From an uncultured bacterium (lineage in GTDB: Bacteria; Bacteroidota; Bacteroidia; Bacteroidales; Marinifilaceae): a stretch of 64,000 nucleotides of DNA. This document shows, one piece after another, positions 52,639 to 60,717 of this stretch. Below the pieces are notes generated by a model. That model ran no database searches and was not told the DNA's origin. It was given only the letters and a program-made list of their open reading frames with translations. How positions within the stretch are numbered: the stretch's first letter is position 1; each line of letters begins with the position of its first letter. The position numbers were made by a program, and so were the translations under genes. The stretch covers positions 1,706 through 65,705 of the forward strand of contig CAJMSX010000012.1 in the NCBI GenBank assembly GCA_905216195.1, written 5' to 3'.

Positions 52639-52647
52639 CCCCCCCCC
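52639..52647. repeat. homopolymeric C9 tract
   Basis: Nine consecutive C read directly from the sequence, in the intergenic region after the lipoprotein gene. Confidence 0.95.
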
Positions 52648-53082
52648 ATTCTCTGTCTGCCCGGTAGATTTCTAAAGGGGGCAGTTAAGGTTTCCGGTCA
52701 GGCCTGATACGCTGTTCAAATAAATTGACTTTGCATTCGGTTGGCACTATCTTTGACGAGGATAAGAAATTTTGACATATCTGTCTGAATGACAGCGTAG
52801 AATAGTGAGAAAGAAAGTTGTTAGTAACGATTTAGCGACAATGTAACTACGTTGAATTGCTGCACTTTGCAACTCGTCAAACAACTCTATGCAAATATAC
52901 ATCAAAAATCGAATATGGCAAAACTCCTGTATATTATAATCCATTTCTTTCTTCTTTCCCAAAAAAAAGTATAGCCGTATCGACGCTTCCCGCTTCACAG
53001 AATCGGACTTTATTTGGTGATAGATTCCAATAATCGAATATTCTCCTTTGTAGGGCACGGAAGCAGTATATCTTTGGTAATG

Positions 53083-53113
53083 TTTGACTTTTAACGGTAT
53101 ATAGTTAACTTTG
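53083..53113 (+). promoter_or_regulatory. candidate Bacteroidota promoter (TTTG-N19-TAACTTTG)
   Basis: TTTG at 53083-53086, a 19-nt spacer, then TAACTTTG at 53106-53113. This matches the TTTG/TAnnTTTG consensus spacing, directly upstream of the 53130/53178 ORF. Confidence 0.45.
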
Positions 53114-53177
53114 TAGAAAATATAGTATTGTGTCTAAAGATTTAGGATTATGTGATTCAGCAGTAAATGGCAACAAA

Positions 53178-54029
53178 ATGGAAGAAAAAGTTAACATATT
53201 GATATCCAATTTACAGCAACTGATTAAACAGTTGAATCAATTAGGACTAACTAAATTATCTGATTCTATTTCTCTCGCTTGTAATTGTCTCAAATCACAC
53301 GATTTAATCGGGTTAGATATCATATTAGTCTCTTTTAGTAATAGCAATATACAAAGAGAGATAAATAATTGCAAAATTTATAATATGGTAGTGCGTGCAA
53401 TAGAACTTACAAAAGACATCCAAGAAGATTTTAATAACGATATTACACCATTAACCAAAGCAGAGGAATTATTTCTTCATATTAGCTATAATAAGTTTTT
53501 TGATATTAGTGAAGAAATTTATTCACCAGAATTTTGGAGGCAATCTCCCCAATACAGATTTAGTAAAATCTCGCAAGCATTCAGTATTTATGGAGAGATT
53601 TTAACCTATGAACCGATTCAGGGTGTTCTAAATTGGATGTCTAAATATCGTCCTCCTATGGAATCTGAGATTTCAGGCCCGTTGTTTAAATTTATTCGTA
53701 ATATACTTGCTCACTTTCCATTTTATGATTCGTGGGATGATATATGGATAAGTAGAGATTTAGTTAATTGGAGGACTCAGGGGCAAAGCATAGATAAGTT
53801 TCTAAAAAAATACTCTGGATTACCTGCGATAAAATATCGTTTCAAAGAAAATACAAAGCCAAGTTTCACTTTTATAACAATATCTTTCCCTGAAAAATAT
53901 GATTCAGAAAAAATATACTTGAAAGACATAATAAAGGAAGAAGAAGGTGTGAAATTTGCACTTGTTATGATGCGTAAAGTCCTTAATACACAAATAGAAT
54001 CTATGACAGAAACAACAACGACACATTAG
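53178..54029 (+). CDS. hypothetical protein with R-x4-H (HEPN-like) motif
   Basis: 283 aa from the ATG at 53178 (299 aa from the GTG at 53130). Predicted mostly helical. Contains FKFIRNILAHFPF, i.e. R-N-x-x-A-H (codons 53697-53714). Very AT-rich. Confidence 0.5.
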   Translation: MEEKVNILISNLQQLIKQLNQLGLTKLSDSISLACNCLKSHDLIGLDIILVSFSNSNIQREINNCKIYNMVVRAIELTKDIQEDFNNDITPLTKAEELFLHISYNKFFDISEEIYSPEFWRQSPQYRFSKISQAFSIYGEILTYEPIQGVLNWMSKYRPPMESEISGPLFKFIRNILAHFPFYDSWDDIWISRDLVNWRTQGQSIDKFLKKYSGLPAIKYRFKENTKPSFTFITISFPEKYDSEKIYLKDIIKEEEGVKFALVMMRKVLNTQIESMTETTTTH

Positions 54030-54052
54030 CATACCTATATACCAAGCCTAAA

Positions 54053-54088
54053 AAGAATAACCACTCAATTCATTGGGTGGTTATTCTT
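54053..54088 (+). terminator. terminator-like hairpin after the HEPN-like gene
   Basis: aagaataaccac ... gtggttattctt, a 12-bp inverted repeat 24 nt after the stop. No clear T-run. Confidence 0.45.
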
Positions 54089-54286
54089 GATATAAAAGTT
54101 AGTATCGACTTAAAATTGGTATAGGGGCAAAGCCTACGGGATCTTCTTAGGTTTTATAATTGGGAGACTTTATTGTACTAACTTAAAACACTATAATTTT
54201 AATTGTGAATAATCGGTTGCGAAAAAGTCGTTCATACCTTCTTACATTCGTAATTAAACGGTACACCGAAATACAGTTGAAATCGG

Positions 54287-54334
54287 TAAATCAGTAAGAC
54301 AATAAATCAGCAAATCAATAAGTCAGTAAGTCAA
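54287..54334. repeat. cluster of degenerate octamer direct repeats (T/C)AA(A/G)TCA(G/A)
   Basis: TAAATCAG (54287), TAAATCAG (54303), CAAATCAA (54311), TAAGTCAG (54319) and TAAGTCAA (54327), followed by the palindrome GCATCGATGC at 54344-54353. Confidence 0.8.
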
Positions 54335-54824
54335 TACGACAGAGCATCGATGCTGCATTGACTACTTGTACCGTTGGAGACTTATAGCAGTGTGGGATTA
54401 CTCTGTTAAATCCACAATGCATCATTCCACTGTCTCTCCAGTTTCATATTGCATCGTTTATTACAGAATAGAAGACGTTTTTTATCGCTTATCCGCAGGC
54501 GATGGTTTGCTGTATTCGGGTAGCGATGGGATGTTCGGCCTTAAAAATAGCCGCGACACTTGCACCATGACAGGGCGCAACACTCGGCTAACTGAAAAGT
54601 GGTCGGTTTTCCGCTATCCATCTTCGGACGGATTTTTATGTTCGACGGAACATAGCAAGGTGTGTATCGAGTAACTCGATACCTTTCGGGTTACTCCCGA
54701 AAGCCTTGCCCTGACGGGGGACAAATCGCGCCTCCGAAGTCGGGCGATTTAGAAGAAATGAAAGGGGGTTAATTGTAAAATCCTTATCGAACCGGGCAGT
54801 TTTCAGCTTTTCACGTCCGATCTT

Positions 54825-55958
54825 TCACTCGAAGACCTTGAGCAACGCCCGTTTGTCCTCCTCCTTTTTGACACGCAGGTAGTTGCGGTAGTTTCCGAAT
54901 CCGGCCATCAACACCAGCTCCATGTTGCTTTTGTCGCTGTACCGGGGCGCAAGACGCAGACGGTCGAGTTCCTGCAAGCGGCAGCGGTTTATCAGGCGGC
55001 TGAAATTCATGCTGTATTCGCGGTTGATAAAGGCCGAGAGGTAATTGCGGTTGGTGTTCAGCCCGGCGGCGAGGTCGGTGATGCGGAGTCGGGGATTGAT
55101 ATAGGGCTTCTTCTCGCACAGGTAACGCTCGAACTGCTTGCGGTCGAGGGCGGAGTCCTTCTGCGTCGTATCTTCCTCTTTCCCGTCGGCGGGTTCGGGC
55201 TGGATGATCAGGTAATTGCCGTCGAGCATGTTGTAGCATAAAATAATGTATAAGACGGAATAGGGCAAAGCCCCCAACCAGACGAACCACAAGGAGGAGA
55301 AGGTGTCGATGCCCAGCAAGATGCCGGCAAGGGGGACGGGGATGCAGACAAAGATCAAAAGCTGGATGCCGAAAAGCCAGTCGAGCGAAGTGCGCTGAGC
55401 CTCGGAAGAGTAATCTACGACGAAACGCCTGTATCGACGGATGTTGCGCAGGCTGAGCAGCGGATAAAGCGTATTGTAGACGATGAAGATGATACTCGTG
55501 AGTATATAGACAATGCCGAACCACGCATCGGAGGTAAGGCTGGCGCTCTCGTAAACCACGGCCATCTGTTTCTCAGCGGGAACAAAGAGGTCGCATCCGG
55601 CTGAAAATGCTGTGATAGCTAACGGGATAGCAACATGCAGGCGGTTGAGCCTGCGTGACCCGCTGGTGTCCGTCAGCAGGGCTACAAAGTGATAGAACAT
55701 CACCTGGTCGAGCATCAGGGCCAGCAGAAAGACCGTGTGGTAATGGACAAATCCATCGGGGCTTACCGCATAGAGTACCATCCCGAACCACCCCAGCGCG
55801 GTAACCAGATAGATGACGGCCAGATACAACCTGAGCCGCCTCTCCTGCACATTCCGTTGGCAGGTGCGGGCGTCCATGAGCATCATAAGCATACAGCCTA
55901 CGGCGCATACGACGGGTGTGGAGAACGCGAACGCTTCCACTTGTTCATGCGCGATCAT
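54825..55958 (-). CDS. membrane-anchored AraC-type HTH transcriptional regulator
   Basis: 377 aa. An N-terminal multi-TM domain of about 240 aa and a C-terminal HTH region ITDLAAGLNTNRNYLSAFINREYSMNFSRLINRCRLQEL...MAGFGNYRNY. Confidence 0.7.
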   Translation of the reverse strand: MIAHEQVEAFAFSTPVVCAVGCMLMMLMDARTCQRNVQERRLRLYLAVIYLVTALGWFGMVLYAVSPDGFVHYHTVFLLALMLDQVMFYHFVALLTDTSGSRRLNRLHVAIPLAITAFSAGCDLFVPAEKQMAVVYESASLTSDAWFGIVYILTSIIFIVYNTLYPLLSLRNIRRYRRFVVDYSSEAQRTSLDWLFGIQLLIFVCIPVPLAGILLGIDTFSSLWFVWLGALPYSVLYIILCYNMLDGNYLIIQPEPADGKEEDTTQKDSALDRKQFERYLCEKKPYINPRLRITDLAAGLNTNRNYLSAFINREYSMNFSRLINRCRLQELDRLRLAPRYSDKSNMELVLMAGFGNYRNYLRVKKEEDKRALLKVFE

Positions 55959-57190
55959 GGTGTACCTCCTTTCTTCCTGCCGGATTCTTTTTCCTCCGCC
56001 TCTGCTGCCGCTTCCCGTTCGGCGGCGATAGCCCTCAAATAGGTGCGGTAATTGTCGAATCCCGCCTTTTCGACCAGCGAACGCATGCTTTTACCGCGAT
56101 TGGAGGGCAGCGCACGCAGGCGGTCGAGTTCGCGGAGCCGCCAGCGGTTCAGATAGCGGTTGAAATTCATGCCGTAGGTGCGGTTGATAAAACTCGACAG
56201 CGCGGTGCGGTTCACATCGAACACCTCGACCAGATCGGCGATTTTGCACGCCGGATCGAGCCACGGCTTTTCATGGCGGAAATAAGCCTCCAAACGAACG
56301 CGGCTCAATTTGCCGCTGTGATGCCTGCGCAGGGGTTTGGATTCCGGGCTATCGGTGGCTTCCGGTTGCATTTGCGGTGCAGCCGCTATTATTGGAACCG
56401 CACCTTGCCGGGCGTCGTTGTCGGGCAAGACATACAGCCGATACTTGCGGCGGATGATGTGGTACGAGAGCAAGACGTGCTGAAAGGCCATCGCCCCGGC
56501 AGCGAGGATCGTCCAAAACGAATGCAGGATCGTTGCGCGGGGCATAAACGTAGGCAACAGCGACGAGAGCAGCGAGGCGATGGAGATACCCACCAGAAAC
56601 ACCACCCACCGGGCGGTTTGCCGTCCGGGGGCTTGTTTCCCGTTTGTGCGGTGATAGTAACGTACCAGCAAGGCAATCGTCAGTATATAATAGGCCATTC
56701 CGAAAATCATGCGCAAAAGAGGCTTGAGGGTAAAGAAACGCGCGAACGCTTCGTACCCTGCGGGAAAGACCTGCGCCTTGCCCTCGACGATCCCGATCTG
56801 CACATCCATCGGCACGAACAGCGACCAGACGAACAGCACCCCCGCAAGCAGTCCCGGCAATAGGTAGTGCTGCGGCGAAAACCGTTCCGCCTCTCCCAGA
56901 CGGGTAAGGTAGCGGACGATGCGGTAGAAAAAGATCGAGGGCAGCACGTAAGAGAGCAGGCACAGCACGTTGAGCCATGTAAAGAGCACCGGATGAAATT
57001 CGTAGCAGAATGTCATATACCAGCCCAAAGCGGAGAGCGCAAGATAGACCAGCATGATCTTTTTCAGGCGGCGTTCCTCCTGCGAGAGGCAGTCGCGCAG
57101 GGAGAGGGCCACCAACGCCGAGCAGGTGATGGCCGAAAAAACAGGGATAAGAACTGTAATACCGACTTTATAGGCTGCTAAAATATCCAT
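55955..57190 (-). CDS. membrane-anchored AraC-type HTH transcriptional regulator, paralog
   Basis: 411 aa with the same architecture (IADLVEVFDVNRTALSSFINRTYGMNFNRYLNRWRLREL...KAGFDNYRTY). Its stop overlaps the downstream start as ATGA (55955-55958). Confidence 0.7.
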   Translation of the reverse strand: MDILAAYKVGITVLIPVFSAITCSALVALSLRDCLSQEERRLKKIMLVYLALSALGWYMTFCYEFHPVLFTWLNVLCLLSYVLPSIFFYRIVRYLTRLGEAERFSPQHYLLPGLLAGVLFVWSLFVPMDVQIGIVEGKAQVFPAGYEAFARFFTLKPLLRMIFGMAYYILTIALLVRYYHRTNGKQAPGRQTARWVVFLVGISIASLLSSLLPTFMPRATILHSFWTILAAGAMAFQHVLLSYHIIRRKYRLYVLPDNDARQGAVPIIAAAPQMQPEATDSPESKPLRRHHSGKLSRVRLEAYFRHEKPWLDPACKIADLVEVFDVNRTALSSFINRTYGMNFNRYLNRWRLRELDRLRALPSNRGKSMRSLVEKAGFDNYRTYLRAIAAEREAAAEAEEKESGRKKGGTP

Positions 57191-57254
57191 TTTGCGAATA
57201 TATCGTTTTTTTCGTCGGATGACCTCGTTTTTAAGCTAAAAAATGTAAAAATAG

Positions 57255-57338
57255 ACGATTTGTCGTGTATTTTACGATTCGTCACCATAAAAAGTGCCCT
57301 TATTACGATTTGTCGCCACATATTTTGTCGATTTGTCT
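57255..57338. promoter_or_regulatory. four direct repeats ACGATT(T/C)GTC(G/A/T), candidate operator sites
   Basis: ACGATTTGTCG at 57255, ACGATTCGTCA at 57274, ACGATTTGTCG at 57305 and TCGATTTGTCT at 57328, in the divergent regulator/pilus intergenic region. Confidence 0.5.
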
Positions 57339-57360
57339 ACCGAGATATTCCCCGATTGGG

Positions 57361-57368
57361 TAAATTTG
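57361..57368 (+). promoter_or_regulatory. candidate -7 promoter box (TAAATTTG) facing the pilus operon
   Basis: Exact TAnnTTTG match. The nearest upstream TTTG is 25 nt away, which is non-canonical spacing. Confidence 0.3.
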
Positions 57369-57520
57369 CAAATAGAAAAGCAAGACAAATAGATGAACAG
57401 GCAGAGTCGAATAAAAAGCGAAGGCGTTTACCGGGCAACCGACCGGATGGGCGCAAGCGGAAAAGAAATCTTTTCCCGCACTTTCATCCCTGAATATTTG
57501 GAATATCCGGAAAATCGTGT

Positions 57521-57570
<50 letters not shown>

Positions 57571-57609
57571 TCTCACCGCCGGTAACCCGCGCGTTAATAT
57601 ACTTATTTT

Positions 57610-57654
57610 CAATCAGTCCGCAAAGAGCTATAACTCCTTTTTGCGGACTGATTG
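57610..57654 (+). terminator. 15-bp perfect hairpin (attenuator/terminator-like) in the pilus operon leader
   Basis: caatcagtccgcaaa-15 nt loop-tttgcggactgattg followed by tttgtt. Lies 41 nt after the AC repeat and 108 nt before the ATG. Confidence 0.5.
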
Positions 57655-57762
57655 TTTGTTATCCCTGCCCCAAACCGGAGAGGGATGCGGCCACGAACAT
57701 ACCGCGTCGAATACAATCCCAATCATAGAATCAATAATTATATATCACTTAATAACCCGATT

Positions 57763-58845
57763 ATGAGCAAAATGATCAAAACACTACTTACCCTTGTGCT
57801 GGCGGTATCTGTTTGTGCAGCGTCCTACGGGCAGGCCGCCCGCCCTGCAGCAGAGGAAAAAACAGCGACTTTCGTATTCCTTCCGGGAAATGACATGTTT
57901 CTGCTGAAAGGCAATGAAACGGAGCTGGAGCGGCTCTACGCTTTGGTGGAGGAATACCGCACGGAGATCGCCGCAGGCGCAATGCCTGTGTATGTGGACG
58001 GCTATTGCGCCTCGCTGCCGACCTCGAAAGAGAACCTGACGACGGCTTTCGTACGCGCCAACCGCGTCAAGTCGGAGTTGATCCTCTCGAAAGGGCTGAC
58101 GGAGGCGGATTTCATTACGAATAACTACGCACACGCGTACCTTAATAATAAGGACATGGTGGTGGTTACGCTCCGCATTCCGGCAAAGGAGGAGCCGCGC
58201 CAACCGGAACCAGTGCGGGAGGAACCCCGACCGCAGGAGCCGCAGGTAAAGGCGCAGCCCGAACCCGAACCGCAACCTGCGCAGGAGCCGGTTGCAGAGG
58301 TCGCGCCCGAACCTGCCGTGCCCGCCAAGCCCTATTGCTTTGCAGTGCGGACGAATGTGCTTTACGATGCGCTGCTGCTGCCCACGCTCGGCGTGGAGTG
58401 GCGCATAAACCGCGATCTGGGCATCAAGCTCGACGGCAGCCTCTCGTGGTGGGGCAATGAAAAAGAGAAGGTGCAAAAGATGTGGGTGCTTAACCCGGAG
58501 GTGCGGTGGTATCTGCTCCGTGACAAACGGTTCTACGTCGGGGCTGCGGGTAGTTATGGACAGTACAATATATATAAGTACCCAATCGGCAGTATCGTAT
58601 CGAAAGACACGGGCTATCAGGGCTCGATGTGGAACGCAGGCGTGACGGTCGGTTACCAGCTCTACCCCTCGCGCTGCTTCTCGGTCGATTTCAACCTCGG
58701 TCTGGGCTACACGCGCTTCGATTACGACACGTTCGGCATCACCGACGGCGTGCGGGTGTACAAGGAGCGCGACCGAACGAAGAACTTCTGGGGGCCGACG
58801 CAGGCGGGAATATCGCTTGTCTGGACTATCGGAGGTAACAAGTAG
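57763..58845 (+). CDS. DUF3868-like / Pro-rich linker / DUF3575 outer-membrane protein (first gene of type V pilus loci)
   Basis: About 360 aa from the ATG at 57763. Signal MSKMIKTLLTLVLAVSVCAASYGQ, the linker EEPRQPEPVREEPRPQEPQVKAQPEPEPQPAQEP, and a C-terminal VRTNVLYDALLLPTLGVEWRI...NPEVRWYL beta-barrel pattern typical of DUF3575. Confidence 0.65.
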   Translation: MSKMIKTLLTLVLAVSVCAASYGQAARPAAEEKTATFVFLPGNDMFLLKGNETELERLYALVEEYRTEIAAGAMPVYVDGYCASLPTSKENLTTAFVRANRVKSELILSKGLTEADFITNNYAHAYLNNKDMVVVTLRIPAKEEPRQPEPVREEPRPQEPQVKAQPEPEPQPAQEPVAEVAPEPAVPAKPYCFAVRTNVLYDALLLPTLGVEWRINRDLGIKLDGSLSWWGNEKEKVQKMWVLNPEVRWYLLRDKRFYVGAAGSYGQYNIYKYPIGSIVSKDTGYQGSMWNAGVTVGYQLYPSRCFSVDFNLGLGYTRFDYDTFGITDGVRVYKERDRTKNFWGPTQAGISLVWTIGGNK

Positions 58846-58866
58846 AACAAATATAAAAACAGGAAT

Positions 58867-59736
58867 ATGAAAAGAGTTATAAAACTACAACTTGTCGGGG
58901 CAGTGGCGATAGCTACGCTTCTTGCTGCCTGCGACGTGAAAGACCCCATTTACAACACTCCGCACCCGGAGCACGGTAAAATCACGCTGACTACCGAGTG
59001 GGACGGAATCGGTGAGGGACTGCAAGCCCCCGACAGCTATACGGTCTGCATCGGCGACTATACGACCAACGTGAGCGGCTCGACCAACACGCTCGACCAC
59101 CTTTTCGCGCCGGGAACCTACCGCATGCTCATTTACAACACGCCCGAAAATATCAGCTTCGACGGGACGGTGGCGGATGCGATGAACGGTGACACGCATG
59201 ATCCCGGCTGGCTCTTCTCCTACTCCGCAGAGGTGACGATTTCAAAAGATACCGATCACGCCTTTACGGCTGTGATGAAGCAACAGTTGCGGGAATTGAC
59301 GCTGGTGATCGAACCCACGGGCGACGCCGCCGACCGGATAGAAAGCATCAAGGGCTATTTGAATGCGATAGCCGGTAAGTTCGACATGGAAAACGAGACT
59401 TACTTATTTCCAATAATGTTAATGTTTGATTTCTCGAAGATTGCCGACGGGCCCGATGCCGGGAAATGGAGTTCCACCATACGGACGTTAGGCTTCATGC
59501 CGGAAGAATCTAAAGGGCTGAGTCTCAAAATCCACTACAAAGACGGCAATCCCGAAATGCAAATCGTAACAAGCGATCTTACGGAGGCTTTGGCGGGATT
59601 CAACGACGACAAGCGCACGCCCCTGACGCTGGGCGGATCGGTGGTGGATACGCCTACCGGAGCCGGGTTCGGAGCAATCATTGACGACTGGACGGCAGGC
59701 AACGGCGACGGCGAAGATATAGACGCGAATATGTAA
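58867..59736 (+). CDS. FimB/Mfa2-like fimbrial anchor lipoprotein
   Basis: 289 aa. Lipobox ATLLAAC. Size, position and the IESIKGYLNAIAGKFDMEN segment resemble Mfa2-family anchors. Confidence 0.5.
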   Translation: MKRVIKLQLVGAVAIATLLAACDVKDPIYNTPHPEHGKITLTTEWDGIGEGLQAPDSYTVCIGDYTTNVSGSTNTLDHLFAPGTYRMLIYNTPENISFDGTVADAMNGDTHDPGWLFSYSAEVTISKDTDHAFTAVMKQQLRELTLVIEPTGDAADRIESIKGYLNAIAGKFDMENETYLFPIMLMFDFSKIADGPDAGKWSSTIRTLGFMPEESKGLSLKIHYKDGNPEMQIVTSDLTEALAGFNDDKRTPLTLGGSVVDTPTGAGFGAIIDDWTAGNGDGEDIDANM

Positions 59737-59769
59737 CAATCGATCATATAATAATTAAATACAAGCAAA

Positions 59770-60705
59770 ATGATGAAATCAGTAACTCCAATCCGCCTGT
59801 CCGCCATCCTGATGGCGACGGCTTTCCTCTTTGCAGGATGTGAAAAAGAGAACGAAAACACAGTAGATAACCAGCCCGTAAAGGCGCGTATCACCTCCGT
59901 CATCGACGGCATGGCCACACGCGCCTCGGGCACGGCATGGGCGCCGGGCGACCGCATCGGCATCACCGCAAAGAAAGCGGACGGCACAGTGCTCTTCACC
60001 AACATGCCCTACGTCACCACAGAGGGCGACGGTGTGTTCACCCCCGAAGGCGAAGCCTTCTATTTTCAGGATAAAGACGAAGTGACTTTTACCGCCTATT
60101 ATCCTTTCACCGAAAGCAGCTACATGGCAGACGACCGCTGGATAATGTTTCTAACAGGCGGATTGGAAAGCCAGAAGCCCGAAAACCAACCGAAGTATGA
60201 CGTCCTGTTTGCCACCACCACGGGCAGCTCCTCCAGCCCCGACCTGCAACTGCGCTTCTGCCATTGCATGAGCCGCTTCGTGCTCCGCTTCCTGCCGGGC
60301 ACCGGTGTCGCTTCGCTCGACGACATCACCTACGAGCTTAGTGGGATAATAACGGGCGGCATATTCAACACCCTGACCGGAGAAACCATCGTCAATGAAA
60401 CCTCAGTAAGCGTGGGCCTCACCGTCCCCGGCAGCAACGCCTCCGAACTGACCTCCCCGCTCATCCTCTTCCCCCAACAGAGCGAGGACGATAAAACGCT
60501 CACGCTCACTATGCGGGGCAAGACCTACACCGCTACGTTCAAGTTTAAGGAAAACCCGAACAACGGGAACGTGCGCGAACTGGCGGCAGGGCACACCTAT
60601 ACCTATAATGTAAAGATAAACAATACGTCGATGACCATCACTCCCGCCACCATCTCTAATTGGGAAGAGGGTGGCAGCGAGAATATCGACAGTACCAACA
60701 ATTAA
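59770..60705 (+). CDS. fimbrillin-family (Mfa-like) pilin lipoprotein
   Basis: 311 aa. Lipobox FLFAGC, then ...GMATRASGTAWAPGDRIGI, which is the Arg processing-site context and GD.IG block typical of Bacteroidales fimbrillin-like proteins. Confidence 0.6.
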   Translation: MMKSVTPIRLSAILMATAFLFAGCEKENENTVDNQPVKARITSVIDGMATRASGTAWAPGDRIGITAKKADGTVLFTNMPYVTTEGDGVFTPEGEAFYFQDKDEVTFTAYYPFTESSYMADDRWIMFLTGGLESQKPENQPKYDVLFATTTGSSSSPDLQLRFCHCMSRFVLRFLPGTGVASLDDITYELSGIITGGIFNTLTGETIVNETSVSVGLTVPGSNASELTSPLILFPQQSEDDKTLTLTMRGKTYTATFKFKENPNNGNVRELAAGHTYTYNVKINNTSMTITPATISNWEEGGSENIDSTNN

Positions 60706-60717
60706 ACACGATCCGTT

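Noticed and set aside
52747-53058. 103-aa minus-strand ORF divergent from the HEPN-like gene, considered as an antitoxin or partner.
   Set aside because: It has no nucleotidyltransferase (MNT) or HTH motif, and its odd hydrophobic/Cys/Ile-rich composition is expected from AT-rich non-coding DNA. Evidence is insufficient to call it.
54366-54674. 102-aa + strand ORF in the junction region.
   Set aside because: It has a TTG start, no promoter box and no recognisable motifs. It lies in a region better described by repeats and hairpins. It could be a gene fragment, but I cannot support a CDS call.
54030-54830. Search for a tRNA, integrase att site or CRISPR array at the island junctions (also 46.9-47.4 kb and 62.3-62.7 kb).
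   Set aside because: No T-loop (GTTCGAATC-like) with matching stems and no cloverleaf was found. No regularly spaced repeats occur anywhere in the window, and no recombinase gene is present.
55916-56863. Long + strand ORF (315 aa) and other antisense ORFs in the GC-rich block (56349..56978, 56389..56676, 57784..58476, 60403..61092, 59535..60005).
   Set aside because: They lie antisense to or out of frame with ORFs that have clear domain signatures (AraC HTH, DUF3575, fimbrillin). Their translations are Arg/Gly/Pro/His-rich and low-complexity, typical of shadow ORFs in high-GC DNA.
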